A stretch of DNA of 62,893 nucleotides, counting the filler, from Phoronis australis (lineage: Eukaryota > Animalia > Phoronida): NCBI GenBank assembly GCA_002633005.1. It is 6 parts of 6 records of this genome, joined end to end, with 100 filler letters (N's around TTAATTAATTAA, not from the genome) between each part and the next. Parts side by side here need not be neighbours in the genome. Positions count along the whole stretch, not along the records: positions 1 to 30,634 come from NMRA01001123.1; positions 30,735 to 48,857 come from NMRA01000028.1; 4 more parts are not named here. One strand, written 5' to 3'. The notes under the pieces were generated by a model. That model was not told where the DNA came from, ran no database searches, and saw only the letters and a list, made by a program, of their open reading frames with translations. Both the position numbers and the translations under genes were made by a program. Each line of letters opens with the position of its first letter. Positions within the stretch are counted from its first letter, which is position 1. Below, piece by piece: positions 24,780-36,066 of the stretch.

Positions 24780-25244
24780 ATGGCACACATAGATAAGCAT
24801 TTGAAAAGTTTTGAAGATAAAATAAATGAATTTGTCAATAACAGTGATATGCGTATACGAGCTATGCAGTATTCAATTGTAGTAAAAAAAGATAGTGCAA
24901 AAGTGGATTCAGATTGTCAAGCACTTACGAAGGAAATAGAAAACTTGAAAAAGTTCTCAAGGAGCTCATTGGCACAGTTAAAGAATGACTTTGCAATGGC
25001 AATCAAAGACCATGAGAATGTAGAAAATGATTTAAAAGCTTTGAAAACAGATTATAACAAATTGAAGTTACATGCAAATGATTTACAAACAAGTTTGAAT
25101 TCAAGTTTACTGGAAATTATTGATGACTCAGATGAGAATTCTGGTTCAAAATCAATAGAAGTGGGATGTAAAAGAAAAAGAGACAGTGATTCAAATAGTG
25201 ATAATGAAGAGCACAACAAGAACACAAAACTAAGTGTTAGTTAG
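24780..25244 (+). CDS. Orphan coiled-coil protein (154 aa) with acidic/basic tail
   Basis: Open frame from the ATG following TATTTCAG|A; heptad-like stretches LTKEIENLKKF and VENDLKALKTDYNKLKLHANDLQTSL; KRKR motif. Confidence 0.55.
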   Translation: MAHIDKHLKSFEDKINEFVNNSDMRIRAMQYSIVVKKDSAKVDSDCQALTKEIENLKKFSRSSLAQLKNDFAMAIKDHENVENDLKALKTDYNKLKLHANDLQTSLNSSLLEIIDDSDENSGSKSIEVGCKRKRDSDSNSDNEEHNKNTKLSVS

Positions 25245-25375
25245 TAAGTTCGTTATTCACCGTCATAATAGTGTCGGCTTTAGTTAGGTTCCATATTAGC
25301 TTGCTAACAAATGGCCACGGTTACATTAGTCTTCAGCACTCAATTTTCTTATTTGTATCAATTTACTGTTGCAGA

Positions 25376-26635
25376 ATGGAGCAACAGTGTGATATAGAAA
25401 TGAATACTGGTACTGAGAATGAAAATGAAATTTTATCTGCAATTAAAAGATTTGAAGAAAAGATGGAAGAAAAGATGGAAGAAAATACTATGAAGATTGA
25501 GAATTTGATCTGTAGTAAATTTGATGAGATGTCGAAGAAAATTATTGAACTTCAGAAAGAAAATAATGAATTACGTGAAGAGATGAAAAAGCAAAGACAG
25601 CATGAAGTACAAGATAAACCATCTACGAGTTACGCAGATAAGATAAAATCAAGCGAAAAATCATCATGGAATAAAGCCGTTGTCAAAGAAGAAGCAGAGA
25701 GTATAGTTAAGAATTTGTGTAGGAAAAGAAGTAGAGGGATAACCAAGAGAAGTACGAGTCATGAGAATTTGAATGAGCCAGTGAGGAAAAAACGAGGAAG
25801 AATTCTATTGGATGGAAAGACATTTGAATCGATGGGAACTGTTGCCTTGGTTGGGGACAGTAATTTTAAAGCTTTGATATACGACAAAGAATTGTCTCAG
25901 TGGGCAGACAAGAATAATATTATCATGAGAATTGTACGTGGCGGAAGTGCCACTCAAGAATGTGAGATGTATAGACTTAATGCGAACAATAGAATAAAAA
26001 ATGTAATTCTTCACTTTGGTGGAAATGACTTGGCAAATGTTGCCCCAAGATTGGAAAATGATGATTTTGAAATGCAAGACGAAGTGTTTAAAGTGATCTG
26101 TGGAAATTTGATTGAATTAGCAAGAAAGTACAGCAGTTCATCAAAATGTAAAGTTGGAATTATTTTGCCAGGCTTCAGAACTGATACGAATCCAGAGTTT
26201 ACTAAACGATTTAACAAGATTTGCATGAAGGAGATTCCTGCTAAAGGTTTCTACGCCTTTGATACGACGTTGTTGATGCAGAAGGATGAAACTGATCTTG
26301 AGAAGGTATTGCAGCAGAAAACACACGAAGGTATTCATTTGAAATATGATTTCTGCAAAGAAATTCTAGCAAGTAGCCTCCAGCGATTGGGTGTACCATT
26401 TGATCTGGGGGTTACAGAAGTGAAAGATGAGATTGATTGGTTAGCGACATATAGAGGGAAATGTACGAGATGTTTTGAAGAGTTTCATGGTGAATGTTAT
26501 ACATATAAGAATCATAAGTGTAGATTATGTAGTACTGCTGGACATAAAGAAGAAGCGTGTCGCTCGCAATTTTTGAGGTGTATGTTTTGTGGAGAGTATG
26601 GACACTATAGTAGTTCTTGCCATGTACGGAAGTAA
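25376..26635 (+). CDS. Coiled-coil + SGNH/GDSL hydrolase + CCHC zinc-knuckle protein (419 aa), transposon ORF1/Gag-like
   Basis: Intact ORF; coiled coil IIELQKENNELREEMKK; SGNH blocks LVGDSN, VRGG, HFGGNDL and EGIHL; knuckles CRLCSTAGHKEEAC and CMFCGEYGHYSSSC plus variant CTRCFEEFHGEC. Confidence 0.85.
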   Translation: MEQQCDIEMNTGTENENEILSAIKRFEEKMEEKMEENTMKIENLICSKFDEMSKKIIELQKENNELREEMKKQRQHEVQDKPSTSYADKIKSSEKSSWNKAVVKEEAESIVKNLCRKRSRGITKRSTSHENLNEPVRKKRGRILLDGKTFESMGTVALVGDSNFKALIYDKELSQWADKNNIIMRIVRGGSATQECEMYRLNANNRIKNVILHFGGNDLANVAPRLENDDFEMQDEVFKVICGNLIELARKYSSSSKCKVGIILPGFRTDTNPEFTKRFNKICMKEIPAKGFYAFDTTLLMQKDETDLEKVLQQKTHEGIHLKYDFCKEILASSLQRLGVPFDLGVTEVKDEIDWLATYRGKCTRCFEEFHGECYTYKNHKCRLCSTAGHKEEACRSQFLRCMFCGEYGHYSSSCHVRK

Positions 26636-26649
26636 AAACCTTATGATTT

Positions 26650-26870
26650 GAAAAGATATGATTGATGTCCAGAGAAGAAGACTATATATAAGATTGGTAA
26701 TGCTGGAATATGATTTCTGCTGTCCACAGAAGAAGACTATATATATGATTAATAGCAGAATAAGATTTCTGCTGTCCACAGAAGAAGACTATATATATGA
26801 TTTGTAGCTGAATATGATTGATACTGCCCACTGAAGACGAGAAGAGCATAATATATGATTTAAAGCTGAT
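26650..26870 (+). repeat. ~52-bp tandem repeat x4 directly after the SGNH ORF stop
   Basis: GATTTCTGCTGTCCACAGAAGAAGACTATATATATGATT and variants. Confidence 0.8.
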
Positions 26871-27859
26871 TTGAGTCATCAGTGTTCTCCACAACTAAAA
26901 CCCAAATTGTTGTAATTGCACTATATGTCAACAAACATTTTAGTGCTCACCCTTACTTCCAAATTTATTGGATATGCTAAGTGCCCAGCTGCTACTTCTA
27001 ACCATTTTCAGTTCCATATATGGAACGTATTAAAACCCTAAATAGCAAATGTAGTCATGGGACCAAAGTTTTGCATGTGCTTAACACATGCTAATGTCTA
27101 ATTTTTTTTGCAAAACTAGTTAATGACCAACATTAGATGTGAGATTTTTTCTTTCAAAAGTCAGCAGTGTGCTATTTCCGTGTCAGTGCTATTTCCGTGT
27201 CATTTGGCCTGAGCGTACAATGCTTTACAACATTATTTTGACTGAAAGATTTTGAGTTGCAAAATTTGAACATCATCTTGAAAAACTTGTATGCAGGATG
27301 CTGCAGCTCAATGCTTGAAATTTATTACGGTATTTGCTTCCTTCAATTTCAAGTTGGGTTTTTAGCTTCCTGAATTCACTGCATGAGAACAATGACTTTC
27401 ATGTCAGCAACTAACCTCTTTAAATTCCAAATGTCAAGGTGGCCTTGGTAACTCTGATTTGGTCTAAGAGCCGATGTACTGACAAGTGCCCATATCCCAA
27501 TTCATGCAATTTAAGTGTCCACGTTGTCTTTTGTTCAAATTTTCAAATGTTTACAGTGTTTAAAATAAGTATAGGATGGCTTTTGGCAATTATGAAGTCA
27601 ACTTGCGAATTTTCAAAACAGGCCATAGAGAACATGCTTGTTTTCAAACTAGCTGCTATTTTTTAGAACAGGACACTGGCCATTTAAACGTGTGGCAAGT
27701 CCTGTCAAACAGGCTGCAGTGACACCTTGAAACAAGTTGTGGAGAACACTGATTATGCTGGAGCTGAAGCTGGATCTGACATCCTGCCAAATGGGGGGGA
27801 AGAGAAGAGCAATAGGGATATACCTCGGCAGTGTTCTTCACAATCAATTTTGACTTCTT

Positions 27860-28800
27860 CAGGGCTTGGAATTTTCTGCGGAAATGCGGATTTCCGCTTT
27901 TTTCAAATGTTCTGTCCGCGCATTTTATTATATTTCCGCGGATTTGATGTAAAATTTCCGCAGCAAAGTCCTTTCTTACCGCGGCGTTGCAGACGACGTT
28001 CACCTCGAAAAGCGGAAGTTGCTCTGTATGTTTCAGAGGAACGTAAATTGTCAACATTGCCGGGGCACCTGGGATACCATGGTAGGATTTTCAGTGGCGT
28101 CTCGTGTGATTGTAAACCGCGGTGACAAATACTACGGCTCTGCAGCCAAAAATGTGTGGGGGGTGGGAGTGGAGGATGGACGAGATAAAAAACGCAGACG
28201 CATGCTACTGATGGTAGTAACGTTTTTTTTTTAGTCCTACCGATTTTTTTCGACGAAAGGTTCACATCGACTATTTCAAGGCTGGGAAGCGCGCATGTTT
28301 TGGGCCGTAAAAGTTTCCGCGTTTTTTGTCATTGGTCATTCCAAGCCCTGCTTTTTCAAATGTTCTGTCCGCGCATTTTATTATATTTCTGCGTAAAAAA
28401 TCGGATTTGATATAAAATTTCCTCGGCAAATTCCTTTCTTACTGCGGTGTTGCAGATGACGTTCACCTCGAAAAGCGGGAGTTGCTCTTTATTTTTCGGA
28501 GGAACGTAAATTGTCAACATTGCCGGGGCATCTGGGATAGCGTGGTGGGATTTTCAATGGCGTTTCGTGTTATTGTAAACCGCGGCGACAAATAATACGG
28601 CTCTGCAGCCAGAAATGTGTGGGTTGGGAGTGGACGGACGAGCTAAAAGGACGCAGACGCATGCTACTGATGGTAGTAACGTTTTTTTTTAATCCCGATT
28701 TTTGGCGAAAAATTCATATCGACTATTTCAAGGCTTGGTAGCACGCATGTTTTGGGCCGTAAAAGTTTCCGCGTCTTGTCATGGGCAATTCCAAGCCCTG
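27860..28800. mobile_element. hAT-like MITE with 6-bp TSD and internal ~450-bp tandem duplication
   Basis: CTTCTT|CAGGGCTTGGAATT ... AATTCCAAGCCCTG|CTTCTT; 27897-28350 is repeated at 28351-28800. Confidence 0.75.
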
Positions 28801-30634
28801 CTTCTTACAATAATGATTTTGAATTGTTGCACGTTCATCTCACCTGCTAATTAAAAATCTGTGCATGCTAGTTGGACGCGAGAAGTCATTTTGCAGTGAA
28901 ACCGGCCTCTTTTTTCCGTTAGACGCAGGCTGTTTATTATCGATTCCAAGAATTTATATACAATAGCTCCACATTATATAGTGGACTCAAGAACTTGTTC
29001 TTATTTTTATTTGCTATCTAGTAAATATTTCTCAGGATGGTGTTTCAATAAACAGCAAAATGTGTCGCGTCAGTTTCCAGTGTTCTTTTTGGCATTCATT
29101 TCATAGCTTGGTCAGGTTCAGTGCAGTAACTTTACGAAAATGATAATCAACATTTATGAGGTTGTTAGCGATCTCGTGCAAGTATGCTGATGCTGAAGTT
29201 GCAGACACTACACTTTGACAAGAGCGACTGTTTGAAATGAGTACTACACCTGTAGTGTCCTTTTTGACATTCATTTCAAAGTTTGGTCAGGCTCAGCATG
29301 CAAACTGAAGAACTTTGCCAAAATTATAAGATTCAATTTCTTAGTAATACTTAATTATAAGGAGTAAAATATGGTTTACACCATATTACTCAATACAACT
29401 TTTGAAAAATACATGATTACTTTGTGGAAGAGTCAGCTTGTCTGACACCAGAGGTGACAGTCCAAGAACGTTACTGAAGTTCAAGGTATGTAATTTTGAC
29501 TCAAATTTTGGGATTAACGCTATCTACAAAAGTCCTCTTGTACTGTTGTTTAAGGCTTGTCCTTTAGAATATTTTATTAGTTTTCTTTTTTCAACTTATG
29601 TTCTACTTTTTATCTGTGTGGTTTGTAAATTTTCATAACAGTTCAGTTTACAGGACCCATGTTGTCGGTGTGAAATGGAGTGAGCCGTGTATATGCTACC
29701 ACTAAGTATTGGATAATCTGTTCCTCTCCAATCTTATGTTGGAACTGATATTGTCAACACTGTCATTGTGTTCTAATTGTAACTTTGAAAACTTGATTGT
29801 TTTGCCCTATGATAAGTCTTGTCTGATGTCTTTCATTTCAAATGTTTGGGTCTGCTTATGTATTAACTTGACCTTTCAGTTTTTGTTTAGAATGTGAAGA
29901 TGAGAAGCCATGGGAAGTGCCAGCCTACAATATTTGGTTTTTGGAGTATAGAGGGAAAAACATTAAAATTAACATTTTGTTTTTCAGTCAGTATCTTTTG
30001 GTTTTGGTGTCTATTGATGTAATTGTACAGTGCTGGCGATAAATGATTTTTATTGAAAAAATGTGAGGTATGTATGCTCAGACATGTCTGTTTCTATTAT
30101 TTTTCAAGTGTTTTGTATCATGCTCTTGTGATTTTGAATCGTGGAATTACCAGATAGCTTGAAAGGTGCACTTGTATTCAAGCTAATTTGTTCTCACAGC
30201 TAAGCAGTGAACTTCCCTTTCAGCTTATACCGTTAATCAAGGGTTCAGCAATACGAGTTTACACCAAATGTTTTTTGTCCTTTTTCTTTTTTTCATGTCT
30301 ACCTGTCCTTTTCTAGTACTTAGTAAGTACTTAAGGTAGTAGGTATATTCTATGCTAATTTGAACACATTGCTTTCCATATATGTCTGTCTACTACCGCA
30401 TTATTGACTGGTGTATACTTTGTATTACTTCGGGATCGGGATTATGAAGGAAAAGTTCCAAGTAGAAATTTGTTTCTGGCATTCTAATGCTGTGCTAATC
30501 TCGTGTGTTGGTAAATTTGTTTTTAATTCTATGTTTCTGTGGTGCTTTAAGCAACTGATGTAGGATGTGCTTGTATTATGAAGATCACTCACATTTTGCC
30601 CCTAGCCTTTTGAGGAGACAATGACCATGCCTTT

Positions 30635-30734
30635 NNNNNNNNNNNNNNNNNNNNNNNNNNNNNNNNNNNNNNNNNNNNTTAATTAATTAANNNNNNNNNN
30701 NNNNNNNNNNNNNNNNNNNNNNNNNNNNNNNNNN
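30635..30734. other. Artificial contig spacer (44N + TTAATTAATTAA + 44N)
   Basis: Identical 100-bp structure occurs five times; the 12-mer has stops in all six frames. Confidence 0.97.
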
Positions 30735-31244
30735 CCACTCATTGAAAAGCCCATATTTGTCACCAGGAAGACTCTTCACAACGCAGCCCGGCCGATATTT
30801 CAAGTGAGATAGCGCAGTTTTGAAAAGATTCCGTCTCTTGCCGAGAACGGTTTTTGAGCATCGGCAATGCAAGCCGAATATTTCATATTGAGAAAGCACA
30901 TCTTTGAAAAGAAGAACCAACACTTGTTGGGAACGGTCTTTGTGCGTCGACGACGCACATTTCTTATTGGGAAAGCCAGATTTTCAAAAATTAATCGCTC
31001 AGACCATTTGAGTCTCATTTACCTGCAATTATACTGCTATCAAATGACCGAGCCAGCATTGTTGATACTACGACCGCTCGTCGAAATAATGTACACCCAC
31101 GAAATTCGGACACTAGCAGAAACCCAAATTTGGAGGTCCGCCAAATTCGGACACCACAAAATGATATTTCGCGAGATTCGTCCAAGAATGAATTTTTTCT
31201 ATTGGAATTAATTTTCAGTGTCCGAAAATCACGCGACTTTACCG
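30735..31244. mobile_element. Right end of a TA-flanked DNA transposon/MITE (same family at 54988-55544)
   Basis: Both copies end GTCCGAAAATCACGCGACTTTACCG|TA and carry subterminal TCCGAAA/TTCGGAC motifs. Confidence 0.6.
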
Positions 31245-32152
31245 TACCAGAGAAACTGTCAATTGTCAGAACCCTTTTAGCCATGATTTTGGATTACACA
31301 CCTGGTTTTCTTCAGGTCAGTGTAAGCTATCGATTTGGAATACATTCTGCAATGATGTGTGCTTATAAGTAACATCTTTCCAATGCTGTTTTCATTTTTC
31401 AAAGATATGCAAACTATATTTTGTAAAACTCTTTAACTGCTTACTTTTTAGAGCTGTATTTTTCAGTGCCAAATAAACTTTGGGAATATGTAGAACATAG
31501 AGTGCAATCACTAAATTATGCTCTAAAATTGCAATTCATTGGTGGATTGCTATAACATTTTCATAGTAGGATGCACACACATTGGTTAATGAAATTTCAA
31601 AGTTATCTCCCATGACACAAGGAAGAACTAGATAGAGAACAGATAAGTACCCAACTTACCGATCAGTGCACTTGGCAACAATGGGGTTACTCACCAAATA
31701 AGGCACCCTTGGCAATGGAATAGTTAATGAAGTTTTTCATACAGTAACAGTCAAGTCTAACAGTCCTTACCACTATAAGGCCAACCCTAATAACAATTTA
31801 ATGTGTTTTATGACACGTTTTACTTGAACTATCACAAATTAAAAAATATATTTTATCCAATGGCACTGCAGCAATTTTGTAAGAGTCCTCAGGTTTTTCA
31901 TTTGCCAACATCCTTTGACAACTGGATTAAATGCCTTGAAAATAAAAAAATCTTTCACATTAGGCATATTTAGGGCATACACAGATATTTTTTCTTAGAA
32001 AACTGAAATCCAGTTTTGAGATGAAGGAATATAAGATGTGATAATGAGCCAATTTTCAAGATGACTTTCAATAAAAATTCACCTCGCATGCAAACTAAGA
32101 ATTATAAACTTAAGTTTCAGAATCTTCGAATCGACCAAATCAACCAAAAAGC

Positions 32153-33145
32153 ATGAACACCACAAGTAACCACTCCTCAACAGAATGGACCACTTCTGCC
32201 AATGAAACACAACCATCACAAATTGAAGTGATCAAAGTCTACTTTGAGGCTACTGTACTCTCAGCCATGATTTTTGTTGGTAGTCTTGGTAACCTATTCA
32301 TCATTGGCGCTGTCATGATACAGAAAGAGGCCAGAAAGAACATCGCCAACGTCTTAGTCATCAACCTAGCCATGGCAGATCTTCTAATGGTGATGATTGT
32401 GGTGCCAACAATGCTTATAAATGTGTCAACGGGTCAGATCATGACCAAGCAGGGAACTGCTGCATGCAAGGTCATCAGCTTCATAGCTTTGTTCAGTGGT
32501 GGCATGTCCATCTACAACATCATGATGATCGCGGTGAACCGCTACATCAAAGTTTGTAAAGGTGACACCACCTACAAGCACATCTTCAGTAAATCCAAAA
32601 TGGCTGCAATAATAACCGTTTTGTATGTGTACATGATGCTCTGTACACTGTTCCCGTTTATAACAGGCTACTCAACAGCTAAGTACGTGCCCGCCTTTGC
32701 TGCATGCAGTCTGAGATATCAATATGCAATCTTCAACATATTGGTTGGAATCCTAGGAGTCCTTTTGCCTGCGACTGTAACGGGAGTGTGCTACGTGCGT
32801 ATCTTCATGAAGATTCATAGCACCAGACACATCATTTCCTCAAACCAGATCAACAGGAGACAAAAAGCCATTTGTACATTATTCATCATATACTTCTTAT
32901 TCATTAGCTGTTGGTTGCCGCATGCTATCACTCTGGTAATAGATCCCCAGCGCCACCTGCCAACAGCGTTACGCCGCTTCACAGCTTGGCTGACGGTCAG
33001 CAACTCTTGCTTCAACAGTTTTATCTATGGCCTGCGTAGTCAACAGTTCCGTAACGGGTACAAGAAGCTACTGTGTTTCTGGAAACAGCCCCAGACGGTG
33101 ACACCTGCACTGCCACAACAGAATGGAATGTTTCATATATCCTAG
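32153..33145 (+). CDS. Intronless class A (rhodopsin-like) GPCR, melatonin-receptor/Tre1-moody-like motif set
   Basis: 330-aa ORF with 7 hydrophobic segments; GN in TM1, NLAMAD in TM2, NRY in place of DRY, CWLP in TM6, NSFIY in TM7; N-terminal N-glycosylation sequons. Confidence 0.92.
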   Translation: MNTTSNHSSTEWTTSANETQPSQIEVIKVYFEATVLSAMIFVGSLGNLFIIGAVMIQKEARKNIANVLVINLAMADLLMVMIVVPTMLINVSTGQIMTKQGTAACKVISFIALFSGGMSIYNIMMIAVNRYIKVCKGDTTYKHIFSKSKMAAIITVLYVYMMLCTLFPFITGYSTAKYVPAFAACSLRYQYAIFNILVGILGVLLPATVTGVCYVRIFMKIHSTRHIISSNQINRRQKAICTLFIIYFLFISCWLPHAITLVIDPQRHLPTALRRFTAWLTVSNSCFNSFIYGLRSQQFRNGYKKLLCFWKQPQTVTPALPQQNGMFHIS

Positions 33146-34616
33146 CTGATAGAGAAATCAATGATTTAAAAATTAATTGGTTGTTCTGATAAAAAATGTT
33201 TTGATGTTTGTGATGCACAGTAGAAAAACAAAGACGTGTAGAGAGAACGCAGAAACAGAAGGGAGTCTCTCACTATAACATCCCAAGGTGTACGTTTATG
33301 TGTTTACACAACTATTCAAATAAACGGTAGTCAAAATCAAGTGCTTTGTATCTGACAACACTTCCAATGTGTAAATCTATTTATATTGGAATAACTAATA
33401 AATCTACAATCAAAAAAGAACATTAACATAAAACTTAACAGTCAACGCAGTAAATATTGATTCACTTTGAGACTGCTATCTTTTTCGAATACAGCGTTGA
33501 AATCAGCCACTAAAATGTCACCAATTTAGGACACAACATGGCCGACATGTCAGCCATTTCCAGATTTTGTTCAGGTAAAAGATAAGTAGTACCAAATTAG
33601 TACTTTACCAGTTTCACCTTCTGCTCCAAAACAATCATCAGTAATTATATTGAAAAATTATGGGAAACCACAACAATGTAAGAAGCCAAGAAAAATTAAT
33701 AAATTAAGGCAATTTTGGCAAAGTTGGTGAGGTTTTACTGTATTATTCATGGTACTTTGCACTTGAACTTGTATTTTGCTTTTTATTTAAATAATGGTTT
33801 TATTTTTTCACAGTGGTAATACTGACTTACACAGTAGTTGAAAATAACACAGTTGTCATAAACAAATGGCTTAATGTATTTCGTGAAATACAGTGGAGTG
33901 AAACGAGGCTTAATAAACTCGTTTGTTGAAGGAAGAACCCACAGAAGGCACAGATATTCCAGCTATGAAAATAAATTCAGGGCGCCATCTTATTTATTCC
34001 AAGTCTTCACACATCATTCGGGCACAGTTGCCATTCAAATCAGCTAGAGCTGATGTATCAAAAGAAAATGTTGCACAAGGAACAGTCTAAACACCGCGGA
34101 TGGTGAAAATATGTTCAAGGCGTCTTCCTATACACAGCAAAATTTTCTGGTTCTATTCGTCACCTCTCTACCAATAAAATGTCAGTTCAAATCTACTGCA
34201 GCTGACGCATTAAAAAAAGACTAACACAGAGAGCTGATATGGCTCATCGTGTGCATCACATACAGTGCAGGTGATGATTATTATTTCAAACATTACCACT
34301 TGAGGGAGTTATATTTATTCTAGTAAACTTAAAATAATCTGAAGGGGGGAGGGGGCAAAGCAAGTCAGTAATGGCTGTCTTTGTAAAAGACTCTGACAGT
34401 TTGCAAAAAAATCAACATTAACCCAACAGAACTAGCTGGCATTCCACCAACAACCAAAGACACCATGGCGATGAGAAATGTTTCCAAAGCCCATCAGTAA
34501 ATCAGAAAATCAATTAAATCTAAAGACACGATCAGTGATTAAATTTCCAATGAAAGTGTCAAATTTCCAATGCAATTACATGTAGTCCTTCAGGTCTAGG
34601 AGTGCTTTTCAATTAC

Positions 34617-34740
34617 CTTCAGGAGTCAAGTTGACTGTGTGCACTATAGCCTCCGATATGCCCATTTCATGAAGACCAACATCTGAGGGATGGAACAGAA
34701 TCTCTGGCACACTGAACCTCTCATTGCCGACGTGAATCAA
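34617..34740 (-). CDS. ACTR6: Actin-related protein 6, coding exon 8
   Basis: LIHVGNERFSVPEILFHPSDVGLHEMGISEAIVHTVNLTPE; AG/GT boundaries, phase consistent. Confidence 0.92.
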
Positions 34741-35399
34741 CTGAAATCAACGAAAACACCAGATAAATAAATGATGGGCTTTCACAAAGAAACGACAGCT
34801 GATTGCATGGGACAAGTTATTCTAGTTTATGCTCTCTAGTTCCAGAGGAAGAAAGTTCTCTTTTGTAACTTCCTGAAGCCAATTTGGGGTGTTGAGCATG
34901 TTGGGTACATGAGCACCAATCTCTGTATTACATTTTCCACTGAAGAGATTAGTGCAAGTAGATGAAGACAGAATTCTATGTCCATTACAAATGAGAACAT
35001 CAAACCATCAGCAACTCAATAAAATGCATCAGGGTTTATTGGGGTTGGCCAACCCTAAAATTGGGGATTCAAACTTGGCACACGAACACATTGTATGTGA
35101 CTTGAGTTGCCAGCTCATTTGGTAGTGATTCGAGATCAGATGAGCATGGAATTGTTTTTAACCCCCCAAAGCGCTTCGGTTAATAATTCAGCATTAGCAG
35201 CTAAACAGAACCAAAATACAAGTTTAACAGTCTCTCAAGTCTCCCAATACCAAGATGATGACATGTTTCTTCATCATCACAAAGAACCATCTGATAAATA
35301 GGATGAGAATCTGTAGACTCTTGCACACAACCCTTACTATATTCGATACAAAAATATTTTAAAAAGTAAAATGTAAACAGGTATGGCATCCTGTTTTGC

Positions 35400-36066
35400 C
35401 ATCACAAGATTATGATACATCACATCAACCAAACAATGTAAGCAACGCAGGCGCCCATGACTCCAATGTAAAAAATACATTTACAGGGGTGTCTATTTGT
35501 ATCATAAAAATGGCCATTATATGTCGCAAAATATGTCAAACCCATTTGAAAATAAGAGGGCACTGTCATCTTCAAATCCGTCAAGAAAGAGGTCACAATA
35601 GTCAGACTTGTCCAAAAATCAAGGTCAGCCGTGGTACTTTCAGCAGGAACACAACTGCCAATTTTCATAATTTTCCTTGAACAGTTTGGCAGTAAAGAGT
35701 TGAACATCAAAACGTGGACAAAAAAATAACAAAAAATTACCATTATGTGGCTTAGAATACATTGAATTCATTGGAAAATGGGAAGCCATCATCATCCCTT
35801 TAATAGTAATCTAAATGTAAATTTCATGAAGATTGATCAAGGAACTCCAAAGATATAGAAACAAATGTAAAAAAACTAAAATTGCTACTAGGGGGCACAT
35901 CAGGAATCGGATTGGTCAGAAACTCATTGCCATATGATGTCAACTTCACAGGCAATATATTGACCAAATCTGATTAAGGTCCTGCAAGGGGTTTAGGAGA
36001 TATGGCTACAGACGCCAGATGCCTGGATAGAGATGATGGCAAGGTGTATATGCGGGCACATAAAAA
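35400..36066 (-). mobile_element. Non-autonomous Helentron-like (HINE-type) element in an ACTR6 intron
   Basis: Shares AATTTCATGAAGAT..AAGGAACTCCAAAGA..CAAATGTAAAAAAACTAAAATTGC..CTAGGGGGCAC with 40695-41474; both end CATAAAAA; family assignment is by resemblance. Confidence 0.55.

Noticed and set aside
27656-28265. Cluster of overlapping 70-133 aa ORFs
   Set aside because: Mostly within the duplicated hAT-like MITE; not maintained in the second copy; no motifs
30679-30690. TTAATTAATTAA as a biological motif (piggyBac or PacI-like site)
   Set aside because: Centred in identical N spacers five times; a synthetic linker
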